64,000 nucleotides of DNA from an uncultured Bacteriovorax sp. Its GTDB lineage: Bacteria; Bdellovibrionota; Bacteriovoracia; Bacteriovoracales; Bacteriovoracaceae. This document shows positions 15,885 to 24,803 of this stretch, in pieces. Under the pieces are notes generated by a model. The model ran no database searches, was not told the origin of the DNA, and saw only the letters and a program-made list of their open reading frames with translations. The position numbers and the translations under genes were made by a program. The DNA lies in contig CAZQJK010000009.1 of assembly GCA_964593545.1 (NCBI GenBank), forward strand, positions 17,505 through 81,504, written 5' to 3'. Numbering within the stretch: the stretch's first letter is position 1; the number at the start of each line of letters is the position of its first letter.

Positions 15885-18800
15885 TTATTTTGCAAATTTA
15901 AGACTAAACCATTTTTTCATTCGATATGTTAGATAATGAACAATTGGTACCATGAAATATGTAAAAAACATTGAACCTATCATCCCACCTATTACAACAG
16001 CTCCCATCGCTGACTTTAATTTATCGGTATCAAAAAGCTGAGGGAGTGTACCTGCAATAATGGCGATCGAAGTCATAAGAATCGGCTTTAGTTTCTCTTG
16101 AGCTCCAAGCCAAAGGGCTTCTACAATTTCTACACCTTCTTCTAGTTTTTGCTGTGTATACTCAATCCAAAGAATAGCATTATTAACGGCAAGACCAACA
16201 ACCATTACAAACGCCATCATCGAACCGATGTTAATCGTCTGATCAGTAAAGTACATCATCAGAAATGAACCAAGAAAAGATGTTATAATCGATGTCCCGA
16301 TCGAAGCGGGAAAAATGAAAGAGTTTAGAATCGCAACAAGTAACATATAAGTCAAAATAACAGCAAGAACAAATGCCTTACCTAACTCTTTACCTGATTC
16401 GGCCTGATTCTCAGCACTTCCAGTGAAGGCATAAGAAGTCCCCTCGGGAAATTGAACTTCAGTTTTAAAGTTTGCTGTAAGTTCGCCCATCACAACACCT
16501 GGATTTGATTTTGCTAAATAAGCTTGAATCTGAATAATTCGAGACTTATCTCTTCTTTTAAGTGGAGATGTAGCTTCAACCGTTTCAATTTTTCCAAGAC
16601 TTGAGATTGGAATCAAACCATCTTTTCCAAGGACAAGGAACTTATCAAAATCTTCAACGTTTTGCTTGAATTCATCAGCAAGTGTTATATTTATTTTATA
16701 TTCTTCGCCATTCTCTTTATAAACTGCATCATCATTACCATTCACTAGTGATCTGATCACAGATCCAACTTGAGCGTTACTTAGCCCCTGACTAATAACT
16801 TTCTGTGGATCTGGAGTAAACTTGATCTCCATTTTTGGAATTTTATATGAACTCTGAATTGAACTAAAGTAACCAGTTTTCGCCATGACAGCTTTCATTT
16901 TCTCAGCAGTTTTACTCATATCAGAAAAATTTGTTCCTCTTACATCGATAGTCACATCCCCGTCATTACTGGCAGTCCCACTCCCTCCAGAAAGAATAAC
17001 TTCAGCCTCTGGAATTCTAGAAACGGCAGGAAGCAACTCATCCATCAATTGCTTATAACCTCTATCTCTTTCTGCGAAAGGTGTTAAATTAACTGTTAGA
17101 CGTGCTTTCTCTTCACCATCATAACCAATATCAGCAAGTGTACTTTCAACTTCAGGATATTCTTTAACAATACGATCGACAGTTTCAACAACACTTGCTG
17201 TTTTCTTAATTGGAGTTCCATCTGGAAGCTGGATACTGATGTCGATTCTATCTCTGTCTGACTTAGGAACAAACTCTCCACCAAGACGTTTTGCCGGATA
17301 CATAATCGTTAAGAAAAACATTGTTACAATCAGTAAAGATACAAATGGTCTTTTCATCATATGATCAAAGAACCAACGATACTGAATAAGCAACCATCCA
17401 ATTATTTTATCGGTAAATTTAGCAATAACTGGAAATGGTCCCTTCAATGTTCTTGGATCTTTTAATACAAGAGAACAAAGCATTGGAGTCAAAGTAACAG
17501 ACGCGATAATTGAAAATATTGTTGCGTACACAACTGTCATACCAAACTGAAGCATGAACTTTCCAACAATCCCCCCCATGAACGCAAGAGGAGTAAACAC
17601 AACAAGATTTGTTCCAGAAGAGGCCATAACCGCGAGAAGAACTTCTTTCGTTCCATCAATTGATGCAGTTACTGAGTCTTTACCTTCAACTAAATGCTTG
17701 TTTACGTTTTCAATAATAATCAAAGCATTGGCAATTAGAGTACCAAGACAGGTACCAAAAGCCAGAAGAGTCATCATATTGATTGAAAAGTTTGATATAT
17801 CCATCAAAAATAACGTTGAAATTACAGAAGTCGGAATAACGACGGCAGCAATGAGGGCCCCTCTCCAGTCACCAAGGAAAACAATAAGAATAACAACAGT
17901 TAAAACAATACCAAGAAGAATACTATTCACTGTCCCCTTCGTATTACTTAAAGTAATTTCAGTAGCATCAACCGCTAGCTTAAGCTCCATCCCTTGGGGA
18001 AGTTGTGTTTTGATTTTTTCAAGTTGGGTACGAAGTGTCGCAACAATCTTAACAGCATCACCATCAGATAGTTTTTTTACCCCCATCCCAACAATTTCTT
18101 CACCGTTGAAACTAGCCATTGAAGTAACATCTTTTGCTCCATCTGTTACCTTTGCTATATCTTTAAGCTTAAGCTTCTTCCCTTCACGAGATACAATTTC
18201 AAGCTCTCCAATTGATTCAACGTTTGGAAATTCACCAACAAAGCGAATGCTTACTTTAGAGTCACCACGATCGATAGACCCTCCAGGAACGTTGATATTT
18301 TTCCTTGTGATTGTATCGATTACATCTTGGATAGAAAGATAGTTTTGAATAAGTAAGTTATTATCAAGATCAACATTTATTTGTCTCTCTTCTCCACCAA
18401 AAATATCAACAGATGCAACACCATTAATTGCAGTAATCTTAGTCTTTAGCTTTTTATCCGCATACTCATAAAGTTCTTTGGCATCATGCGACTTACTACT
18501 GAGGGCAAGTGTTACGATTGGCTTAACAAGCGGATCGAACTTAGCAATAATAGGTCGATCAGCCCCGTCTGGGAAATCATTTAAGATTGCCTCAACCTTA
18601 TCCTTAACTTCAATTGATTTAATATTAACATCAGCTTCAATTAGAAACTCAATTACAACAACACCGTAACTATCACGTGCTTCAGCAGTAACTTTTTTAA
18701 TTTGAGATATCTCAGAAACAGCATCTTCAATCTTTTTTAGAATCTGTGTTTCAATCTCTTCTGGTGAAGCTCCTCCGTAAACAGTTTGAATAGTTACGAT

Positions 18801-18923
18801 GGGAAATTCAATCTTTGGCGTATCTTCAATAATAAGATTTCCGATCGAAACAAGACCCATAACCATAAATATTGCAATAAATATAATCGTCGTCGCAGGA
18901 CGTTTTACAAATAGTTCTATCAT
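15885..18923 (-). CDS. AcrB/AcrD/AcrF-family RND permease
   Basis: 1012 aa, FVKRP start, PKIEFP, GASPEEIE, PILMT; two large periplasmic loops. Confidence 0.95.
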   Translation of the reverse strand: MIELFVKRPATTIIFIAIFMVMGLVSIGNLIIEDTPKIEFPIVTIQTVYGGASPEEIETQILKKIEDAVSEISQIKKVTAEARDSYGVVVIEFLIEADVNIKSIEVKDKVEAILNDFPDGADRPIIAKFDPLVKPIVTLALSSKSHDAKELYEYADKKLKTKITAINGVASVDIFGGEERQINVDLDNNLLIQNYLSIQDVIDTITRKNINVPGGSIDRGDSKVSIRFVGEFPNVESIGELEIVSREGKKLKLKDIAKVTDGAKDVTSMASFNGEEIVGMGVKKLSDGDAVKIVATLRTQLEKIKTQLPQGMELKLAVDATEITLSNTKGTVNSILLGIVLTVVILIVFLGDWRGALIAAVVIPTSVISTLFLMDISNFSINMMTLLAFGTCLGTLIANALIIIENVNKHLVEGKDSVTASIDGTKEVLLAVMASSGTNLVVFTPLAFMGGIVGKFMLQFGMTVVYATIFSIIASVTLTPMLCSLVLKDPRTLKGPFPVIAKFTDKIIGWLLIQYRWFFDHMMKRPFVSLLIVTMFFLTIMYPAKRLGGEFVPKSDRDRIDISIQLPDGTPIKKTASVVETVDRIVKEYPEVESTLADIGYDGEEKARLTVNLTPFAERDRGYKQLMDELLPAVSRIPEAEVILSGGSGTASNDGDVTIDVRGTNFSDMSKTAEKMKAVMAKTGYFSSIQSSYKIPKMEIKFTPDPQKVISQGLSNAQVGSVIRSLVNGNDDAVYKENGEEYKINITLADEFKQNVEDFDKFLVLGKDGLIPISSLGKIETVEATSPLKRRDKSRIIQIQAYLAKSNPGVVMGELTANFKTEVQFPEGTSYAFTGSAENQAESGKELGKAFVLAVILTYMLLVAILNSFIFPASIGTSIITSFLGSFLMMYFTDQTINIGSMMAFVMVVGLAVNNAILWIEYTQQKLEEGVEIVEALWLGAQEKLKPILMTSIAIIAGTLPQLFDTDKLKSAMGAVVIGGMIGSMFFTYFMVPIVHYLTYRMKKWFSLKFAK

Positions 18924-18935
18924 CTCTTGCTCCCC

Positions 18936-19583
18936 TTACTCGATAACCAAGGCACTGTTGCCATTGACGAGGTACCTTTGGTCACTTACCACAATTTTAT
19001 CCCCAAGACTGACTTGCTTTCCAAGAGCATAAAAATTGTTATTGCGCCCAATAATTTCAACTTCTTTCTTTTTTAAAACACCATTTTCCACTACAAATAA
19101 ATGGGGAGTTCCACCTCTAACGGAGACTGCATCTCGTGTCACGATATTCGCATTTAGCAAACGACCGACTTCGACATGCACAAGAGCTGACTTAGAACTT
19201 GGCTTTGTTCCTTTGAATTTAATTTTAATTTCATGAAGACCAGATAACAGTTGTGGTGTTCGTGTTACAGACTCCACGAAACCTGTGTATGAGTTATCAT
19301 CTTGCACTACTTCTGCTTCTGAATTAACCTTAATTTTTTGAGCAACATCTGGTGAAACATAACAAGTAATGATCCCTTTTTTAGAATTACCCGTAACGAT
19401 TACAGTATCAACCAAGCTACCTTTTATAACACTTGCAACTCTAACAGGTGTTCCATTTTTTTCCCAAAGAGAATAAAGAGTTGGGATATCTTTTTTCTTA
19501 GCTTCTTGGTTTGCTTGATCCTTAACGACCAAACTTGCTCCGTACCCGATAAAAACAACTAATAGGAATATTATTTTTTTCAT
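18936..19583 (-). CDS. Short RND periplasmic adaptor
   Basis: Between tolC and RND; C-terminal VTRDAV...LFVVENG...V.IIG...GDKIVV membrane-proximal motif. Confidence 0.75.
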   Translation of the reverse strand: MKKIIFLLVVFIGYGASLVVKDQANQEAKKKDIPTLYSLWEKNGTPVRVASVIKGSLVDTVIVTGNSKKGIITCYVSPDVAQKIKVNSEAEVVQDDNSYTGFVESVTRTPQLLSGLHEIKIKFKGTKPSSKSALVHVEVGRLLNANIVTRDAVSVRGGTPHLFVVENGVLKKKEVEIIGRNNNFYALGKQVSLGDKIVVSDQRYLVNGNSALVIE

Positions 19584-20881
19584 TTTTCACCTCTTTCGCT
19601 ACCTTCAAAAAGTAAACGGTCAAGATCGGCAATAGTATTAAGTAAGCTTAATCCTGTCCCAGCAAGACTTCTTTTATTATTTGTTAGTAGTAATTCGCTA
19701 TCATTTAACTGTAGTTGCGATATTGCTCCTGTTGAGAAGGCACTAAGAGCAACTTTATATGATGCTTCTGCTAATTTTACAGCTTCGTTTTCAGCTTCTA
19801 ACTTACTAACTAAACTTTCATATCTTCTCGTAAGAATTCTAAAGTTTGACTTTGTATTTCGAAGACCAGATTTTAACTGAAGCTCAGCAATTTTATTTTC
19901 TATCTTCTTTACAGCAACTTCATGATTCTTACTTCCACCAAGGTCCCAATCAAAAGAAAGCATTATTCCAAACTTAGCAGTTTCCTGTTCCTTAATAGCG
20001 TCGTCCATAAAATCGGAACGATATGTTGTAGGAGAATATGAAGCAAAGGCCGACAGTGTTGGAAAACGACCAGCTCTTGCAAACTCAACTGAAGACTCAG
20101 TTAACTTTACTTGCTCTTTCATTATTCTAACATTCGCTAGCTTATCAACTTTTGTGTCATTAAGCGTCTCTTTGTTCCATCTAGGTATTGTCTGAAGATC
20201 ACTAACGGCCTTGATATTTTCTTTACTATCAATTGCTAAGAAGTCGGCTAATTGAATTTTGCTCGCAGCTAAAGAATTTTGAGACTCAATCAACTGAGGT
20301 CTTCTACTTGCTAAATCTGCCTGCATTTTTAAATTGTCATTACGACTAATTCGACCAAAGGCAACTCTCTTTTCTAGTGTCCTCTTATTGAGTTTTGCAT
20401 TTTCAAATGACCCTGAATTAATTTTTACTAGTTCTTCATTATAAAGAACTGCGTAAAACAATTTCTTTGCTGTTTGCTTAACTTCAGCTTCAGTCGCTAG
20501 TTTACTATTTGCCTGGATTTCTCGTGCACTTTTTGCAATGTCAATTCCAGAACTTACTTTACCAAAAGTATAAATTGGCTGATTAAGCTGCAAAACCGCT
20601 CCCTCACTCCAATCATCACCATTTGGCTGTACACTTCCTGTCGCACTTGATTTAGCCAATGTCGCCTGAGCACTAAATGTTGGAAATGCACTTGAGTATG
20701 CTTTAGAAATTGTTTTTTCTGCTATTTCTAATTCTGCCTGACTAATTCCAATCCTTTCATTTCTCTCTAACGCCATTTCAATTACTTTTGCCTCGGTCAA
20801 ATCGAGTGCAAACACAGGAGCTGAAGCAAGAATCGACAGAACGACGATAACTTTAGTTTTTTTCATATTGCCTCTCATCAT
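19580..20881 (-). CDS. tolC: TolC-family outer membrane protein
   Basis: Signal peptide (probable start 20866), LNQPIYTFG, RFPTLS, heptad helices. Confidence 0.88.
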   Translation of the reverse strand: MMRGNMKKTKVIVVLSILASAPVFALDLTEAKVIEMALERNERIGISQAELEIAEKTISKAYSSAFPTFSAQATLAKSSATGSVQPNGDDWSEGAVLQLNQPIYTFGKVSSGIDIAKSAREIQANSKLATEAEVKQTAKKLFYAVLYNEELVKINSGSFENAKLNKRTLEKRVAFGRISRNDNLKMQADLASRRPQLIESQNSLAASKIQLADFLAIDSKENIKAVSDLQTIPRWNKETLNDTKVDKLANVRIMKEQVKLTESSVEFARAGRFPTLSAFASYSPTTYRSDFMDDAIKEQETAKFGIMLSFDWDLGGSKNHEVAVKKIENKIAELQLKSGLRNTKSNFRILTRRYESLVSKLEAENEAVKLAEASYKVALSAFSTGAISQLQLNDSELLLTNNKRSLAGTGLSLLNTIADLDRLLFEGSERGEK

Positions 20882-20882
20882 C

Positions 20883-21353
20883 TTAAAGTTTTTCTCTTAT
20901 ACAACTTTCAATATGCTTAAGTTGCTTCAACAGCATCTCTTTTTCTTCCAAAGAGAAAGGAGAGAGTGTTTTGCGAATTAATTCTGAATAAACAGGGAGT
21001 GAATTTTCCATTAACTCAGAACCTTTCTCAGTAAGCGTAACATTTTTCACTCTGGCATCTTTTGCATCAACAACTGACTTAATTAGCCCCTGAGCGATCA
21101 TGCGATTCATAATTCCTGTCACATTGGCCTTTGATACTGAATTGTTAATTGCGATTTCTGTAACAGTTGTTTTTTTACTTTCTGTGAAATGAATAAAAAC
21201 CATAATATCAAATTGCGGCTTTGATATGCCGTACTGAGCGATTCCCTTCGTTATCAAGTCATCAAATAATTTTGTAGCCCTGATATTGGCCCCTAGAATA
21301 TCGAGATCCAGATCATGTAGTTTGAGTTCTCTTCTTTGCATATATCCTTCCAT
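20883..21353 (-). CDS. MarR-family regulator
   Basis: GISKPQFDIM, VSKANVTGIMNRM, DARVKNVTLTEKG. Confidence 0.92.
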   Translation of the reverse strand: MEGYMQRRELKLHDLDLDILGANIRATKLFDDLITKGIAQYGISKPQFDIMVFIHFTESKKTTVTEIAINNSVSKANVTGIMNRMIAQGLIKSVVDAKDARVKNVTLTEKGSELMENSLPVYSELIRKTLSPFSLEEKEMLLKQLKHIESCIREKL

Positions 21354-21371
21354 TAGTTAACATCCTAACTA
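21354..21371. promoter_or_regulatory. Candidate MarR operator
   Basis: TAGTTA-N6-TAACTA immediately upstream of marR. Confidence 0.55.
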
Positions 21372-21503
21372 CATAATTAACACGCTACCAAAATTCAAAC
21401 AAGCGTTTAATTGAAAGAATTGTGTTAATTTTGCTAAATATTAAGAATATTCACAGCTTAGATGTTTTAAAGATGGAGGTATCTGATTTTACTCAATAGA
21501 AAT

Positions 21504-21521
21504 AGAGGAAGGCAGCTATGT
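21504..21521 (+). repeat. 18-bp direct repeat copy 2
   Basis: AGAGGAAGGCAGCTATGT. Confidence 0.6.
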
Positions 21522-21544
21522 TTCATTCGAAACTATAGCCGCCC
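21511..21544 (-). terminator. Hairpin downstream of flagellin 1
   Basis: GGCGGCTATAGTTTC-GAAT-GAAACATAGCTGCC, weak U-tract. Confidence 0.6.
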
Positions 21545-21555
21545 AAGAGATTGAT

Positions 21556-22392
21556 TTATCCTTTAATTAGCGATAACGCTACATTTGGTGCCTGATTCGC
21601 TTGAGATAATACAGATGCACCCGCTTGCATTAGGATGTTGTTCTTAGTTAACTTTGCAGTCTCATCTGCAACGTCGACATCCCTAATTCGTGAATTTGCT
21701 GCCGATAGGTTCTCATCACTAACGCCAAGATTGTTGACGGTAGATTGTAGCCTATTTTGAAGAGCACCCATACCTGCCCTAACACCGTTGACTTGCACAA
21801 GTGCATCATCCAGTTTTTTAAGAGCGGCCTGAGAGCCTTCTTTAGTGGCAACAGAGTCAGCCGAGAGACCAAGAGATGCAAGCGTAGCATCTGATCCAGT
21901 TCCGTCATAGACAAGTCTATCCAGAATTGGATCATTCTTGATCCCGACTTGGAACTCAAGTCTTCCGCCTGTTCCATCGAGAAGCTTGATTCCGTTAAAT
22001 TCAGCAGATCGAGAGATTCGATCAATTTCTTCTTTAAGATTTTGAAACTCGATGTCTGTAAACTTTCTCTCTTGTGGTCCAAGAGTGTCGTTTGCAGTTT
22101 GTACTGCGAGTTCCCTAAGCCTAATGATGATATTTGATACTTCACTTAATCCACCTTCAGCAGTCTGGATGAGAGAGATAGCATCATTTGCGTTTCTCTT
22201 AGCTTGTCTCATCCCTCTAATCTGAGCTTTCAAATTTTCACTGATCGCCAGACCGGCAGCGTCGTCCCCTGCCCTTGTTATTCTTTCCCCAGAAGCTAAT
22301 TTCCTAAGGTTATCTCCAACATTTTTATTTGTTTGTGCTAATGTTCTTTGCGCCGACAAAGACATAACATTTGTATTTACTCTTAAGCCCAT
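21556..22392 (-). CDS. fliC: Flagellin 1 (short, D0/D1 only)
   Basis: MGLRVNTN, LASGERITRAGDDAAGLAISE, RIRDVDVA; start moved to 22392 with SD AAGGAG. Confidence 0.96.
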   Translation of the reverse strand: MGLRVNTNVMSLSAQRTLAQTNKNVGDNLRKLASGERITRAGDDAAGLAISENLKAQIRGMRQAKRNANDAISLIQTAEGGLSEVSNIIIRLRELAVQTANDTLGPQERKFTDIEFQNLKEEIDRISRSAEFNGIKLLDGTGGRLEFQVGIKNDPILDRLVYDGTGSDATLASLGLSADSVATKEGSQAALKKLDDALVQVNGVRAGMGALQNRLQSTVNNLGVSDENLSAANSRIRDVDVADETAKLTKNNILMQAGASVLSQANQAPNVALSLIKG

Positions 22393-22665
22393 TTTTAATC
22401 TCCTTCGTACATATCCAAACCTCCTGTTTAAGTCCTTGTGCATCCATGCGCAAGTTTGCCTTTTTTGTTAATAATAATTTGTGCTAACTAACAATGGACA
22501 AATCAATCTCTTTTTTTCCTCTTAATCGATTGATAAGCAATTAAAGATTGCAGCCAATAATTGCGTTTTAATATTTATCCGGTTGTCATCAACATACACT
22601 GCTCCATTATAAAAATGCTTTTACTAAAAAGTTCTTTAAGCTTACAAACAAACGTCTTAAGGGGA

Positions 22666-23514
22666 TTACCCTTGAGACGCTGCTTGAATAAGGCTTAAGG
22701 CATTTTTTGTACTTGAGTTCGCTTGAGCTAAAACCGAAGTACCGGCAGTCATTAAAATGTTTTGTTTCGTTAAGTTTGCTGTCTCTGCGGCAATATCAGT
22801 GTCTCTTACACGAGAATTTGCGGCAGAAAGGTTTTCAATACTTGTCGAGATATTGTTAATCGTCGACTGTAATCTGTTTTGAAGGGCACCAAAGTCAGCT
22901 CTAATACCAGAAACAGATACAATTGCCTGGTCAATTGAAGATAACGAGTTCTGTGCAGAAATTTTATCTGCAACTGAAGCAAGGTTAAGTCCAAGTGCTG
23001 CAACGTTAACATCTGCCGAAGAGGCATCGAATGTTAATCTGTCTGATATAGGATCGTTTCGTGTTCCAATTTGGATATCAAAAACCGCACCAGTACCATT
23101 TAAAAGTGGCACTCTGTTAAACTCTGTCGAGTTAGCAATACGATCGACTTCTGATGTTAATTGTTCAAATTCAACGTTAAGAAACTTTCTCTCTGTCGCC
23201 CCGATAGTATCAGAAGCTGCTTGTACAGATAGTTCTCTAAGTCGAATCATAATATTTGATACTTCACCTAGCGCACCTTCAGCAATTTGAACTAAAGAGA
23301 TACCATCTTCGGCATTTCTCTCAGCTTGTCCAAGACCTCTGATTTGTGCTTTTAAATTTTCTGAAATTGCTAAACCTGCGGCATCATCTCCGGCTCTGTT
23401 AATTCTTTGCCCTGATGATAGTTTTTCCAATGATTGTTGCATACCGATTCTTGTCGTACTCAAATTTCTCTGAGCATTTAAAGATGCAACGTTGGTGTTA
23501 ATTCGTAATCCCAT
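22666..23514 (-). CDS. fliC: Flagellin 2 (short, D0/D1 only)
   Basis: MGLRINTN, LSSGQRINRAGDDAAGLAISE, RVRDTDIA. Confidence 0.96.
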   Translation of the reverse strand: MGLRINTNVASLNAQRNLSTTRIGMQQSLEKLSSGQRINRAGDDAAGLAISENLKAQIRGLGQAERNAEDGISLVQIAEGALGEVSNIMIRLRELSVQAASDTIGATERKFLNVEFEQLTSEVDRIANSTEFNRVPLLNGTGAVFDIQIGTRNDPISDRLTFDASSADVNVAALGLNLASVADKISAQNSLSSIDQAIVSVSGIRADFGALQNRLQSTINNISTSIENLSAANSRVRDTDIAAETANLTKQNILMTAGTSVLAQANSSTKNALSLIQAASQG

Positions 23515-23602
23515 GTCATCCTCCTTGATCTTGGGTTCTAGTAAGATTCCTTCTTGACTAGATTTCAGCTATTGACACCGACCAATAGCAGTCACAAGAG
23601 AC

Positions 23603-23629
23603 TTATCGCCCCGATTTTTTCTTTCTTTA
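23603..23629 (-). promoter_or_regulatory. sigma28 promoter for flagellin 2
   Basis: TAAAGAAA-N11-GGCGATAA. Confidence 0.8.
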
Positions 23630-23779
23630 TTTTTTACTGTAAATATTTTAAACGGAATATTTTGCCGACAAGTAACATAACCAACTGAAATAACTAGATA
23701 AATTTACTCATAACACGGCCTCTCTTAATTGGATTAGCAAAAAATGTAAAAATATTATGCATATCTATTAAGGAAAATA

Positions 23780-24802
23780 ATGAAATTAACTCGCTCCACC
23801 CTCGCTAAATCTCCAGAGCTCTATAAAGAAGTTATTAAACTAATTGAGTACTCCTTTAATTATCCAGAAAATCACAACTTCGATAATGATTTCTATACGC
23901 TAATGAATCCGAGTAATCATGATCATTGCCATATTCTCATCAATGAAGAGAAACAAGTTGTAGCGCATATTGGAGTATCTCTTAAACAAATGGGAAAGAA
24001 GTCGATTTACACTCCTGTTGCCTTTATTGGAGGAATTTCTGTTGCACAAGAGTTAAGAGGTCGAGGAATATTTTCTGAATTTTTTAAAGATATAATTAAT
24101 CATTATGAATCAAGATGTGCTTTCTTTATCCTCTGGAGTGAGAAAGATAATCTATATAAGAAGTTTAACTTCATTGAGTTCGGCTCTGTTATACAAACAG
24201 GTATTGAGCAATTACCTGAAAAAATTCTCAACTTTAAAAGAGTTAATTTATCTCGTCTTTCAAAAGAAGATTTTAAAAGAATAAAAGATCTTTATCAAAA
24301 AAGACTTGAACACTATATTCATCCGAAACGTTCGAGTAGCGATTGGGACAATATTGCATCTATTAAAAGCACACAACTCTATGTAGCGAAAGTCGATGAC
24401 ATTATTCAAAACTATTTCTTTATTAATAAGGGTTTTGATTTACCTGGAATAATTCATGAGTGTAGTTTTCTAAATGATGAGGATCTCGTTAACTCATTTA
24501 AGCCATATCGCCTATGGCTCCCAGAAAAACATATTCAATATATCGACAATCATCACGAAATTTATGTTGGACTTATAAAAATCAATAATAATTCACTCTT
24601 TAATAATTTCATTCAAGATGTGTTCAATAATGATCTTATTATAAAGAAGACAACTTCAGACTATATTGAATTTACTTTTTTAAATAAGGCCTACAAAACA
24701 GATCACGCAGAATTTATTCATATGCTTTTTGGGCCTAGGCCTGCGAAAGAACTACTGCCATATTCTAACTTCTTCTATATTCCTGGCCTTGATAGTATTT
24801 AA
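23780..24802 (+). CDS. GNAT acetyltransferase (Eis-like)
   Basis: AFIGGISVAQELRGRGIF, LYKKFNF acetyl-CoA motifs. Confidence 0.82.
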   Translation: MKLTRSTLAKSPELYKEVIKLIEYSFNYPENHNFDNDFYTLMNPSNHDHCHILINEEKQVVAHIGVSLKQMGKKSIYTPVAFIGGISVAQELRGRGIFSEFFKDIINHYESRCAFFILWSEKDNLYKKFNFIEFGSVIQTGIEQLPEKILNFKRVNLSRLSKEDFKRIKDLYQKRLEHYIHPKRSSSDWDNIASIKSTQLYVAKVDDIIQNYFFINKGFDLPGIIHECSFLNDEDLVNSFKPYRLWLPEKHIQYIDNHHEIYVGLIKINNNSLFNNFIQDVFNNDLIIKKTTSDYIEFTFLNKAYKTDHAEFIHMLFGPRPAKELLPYSNFFYIPGLDSI

Positions 24803-24803
24803 C

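Noticed and set aside
23649-23671. TAAA...GCCGACAA on the plus strand toward the GNAT gene
   Set aside because: Spacing is 4 nt too short for sigma28
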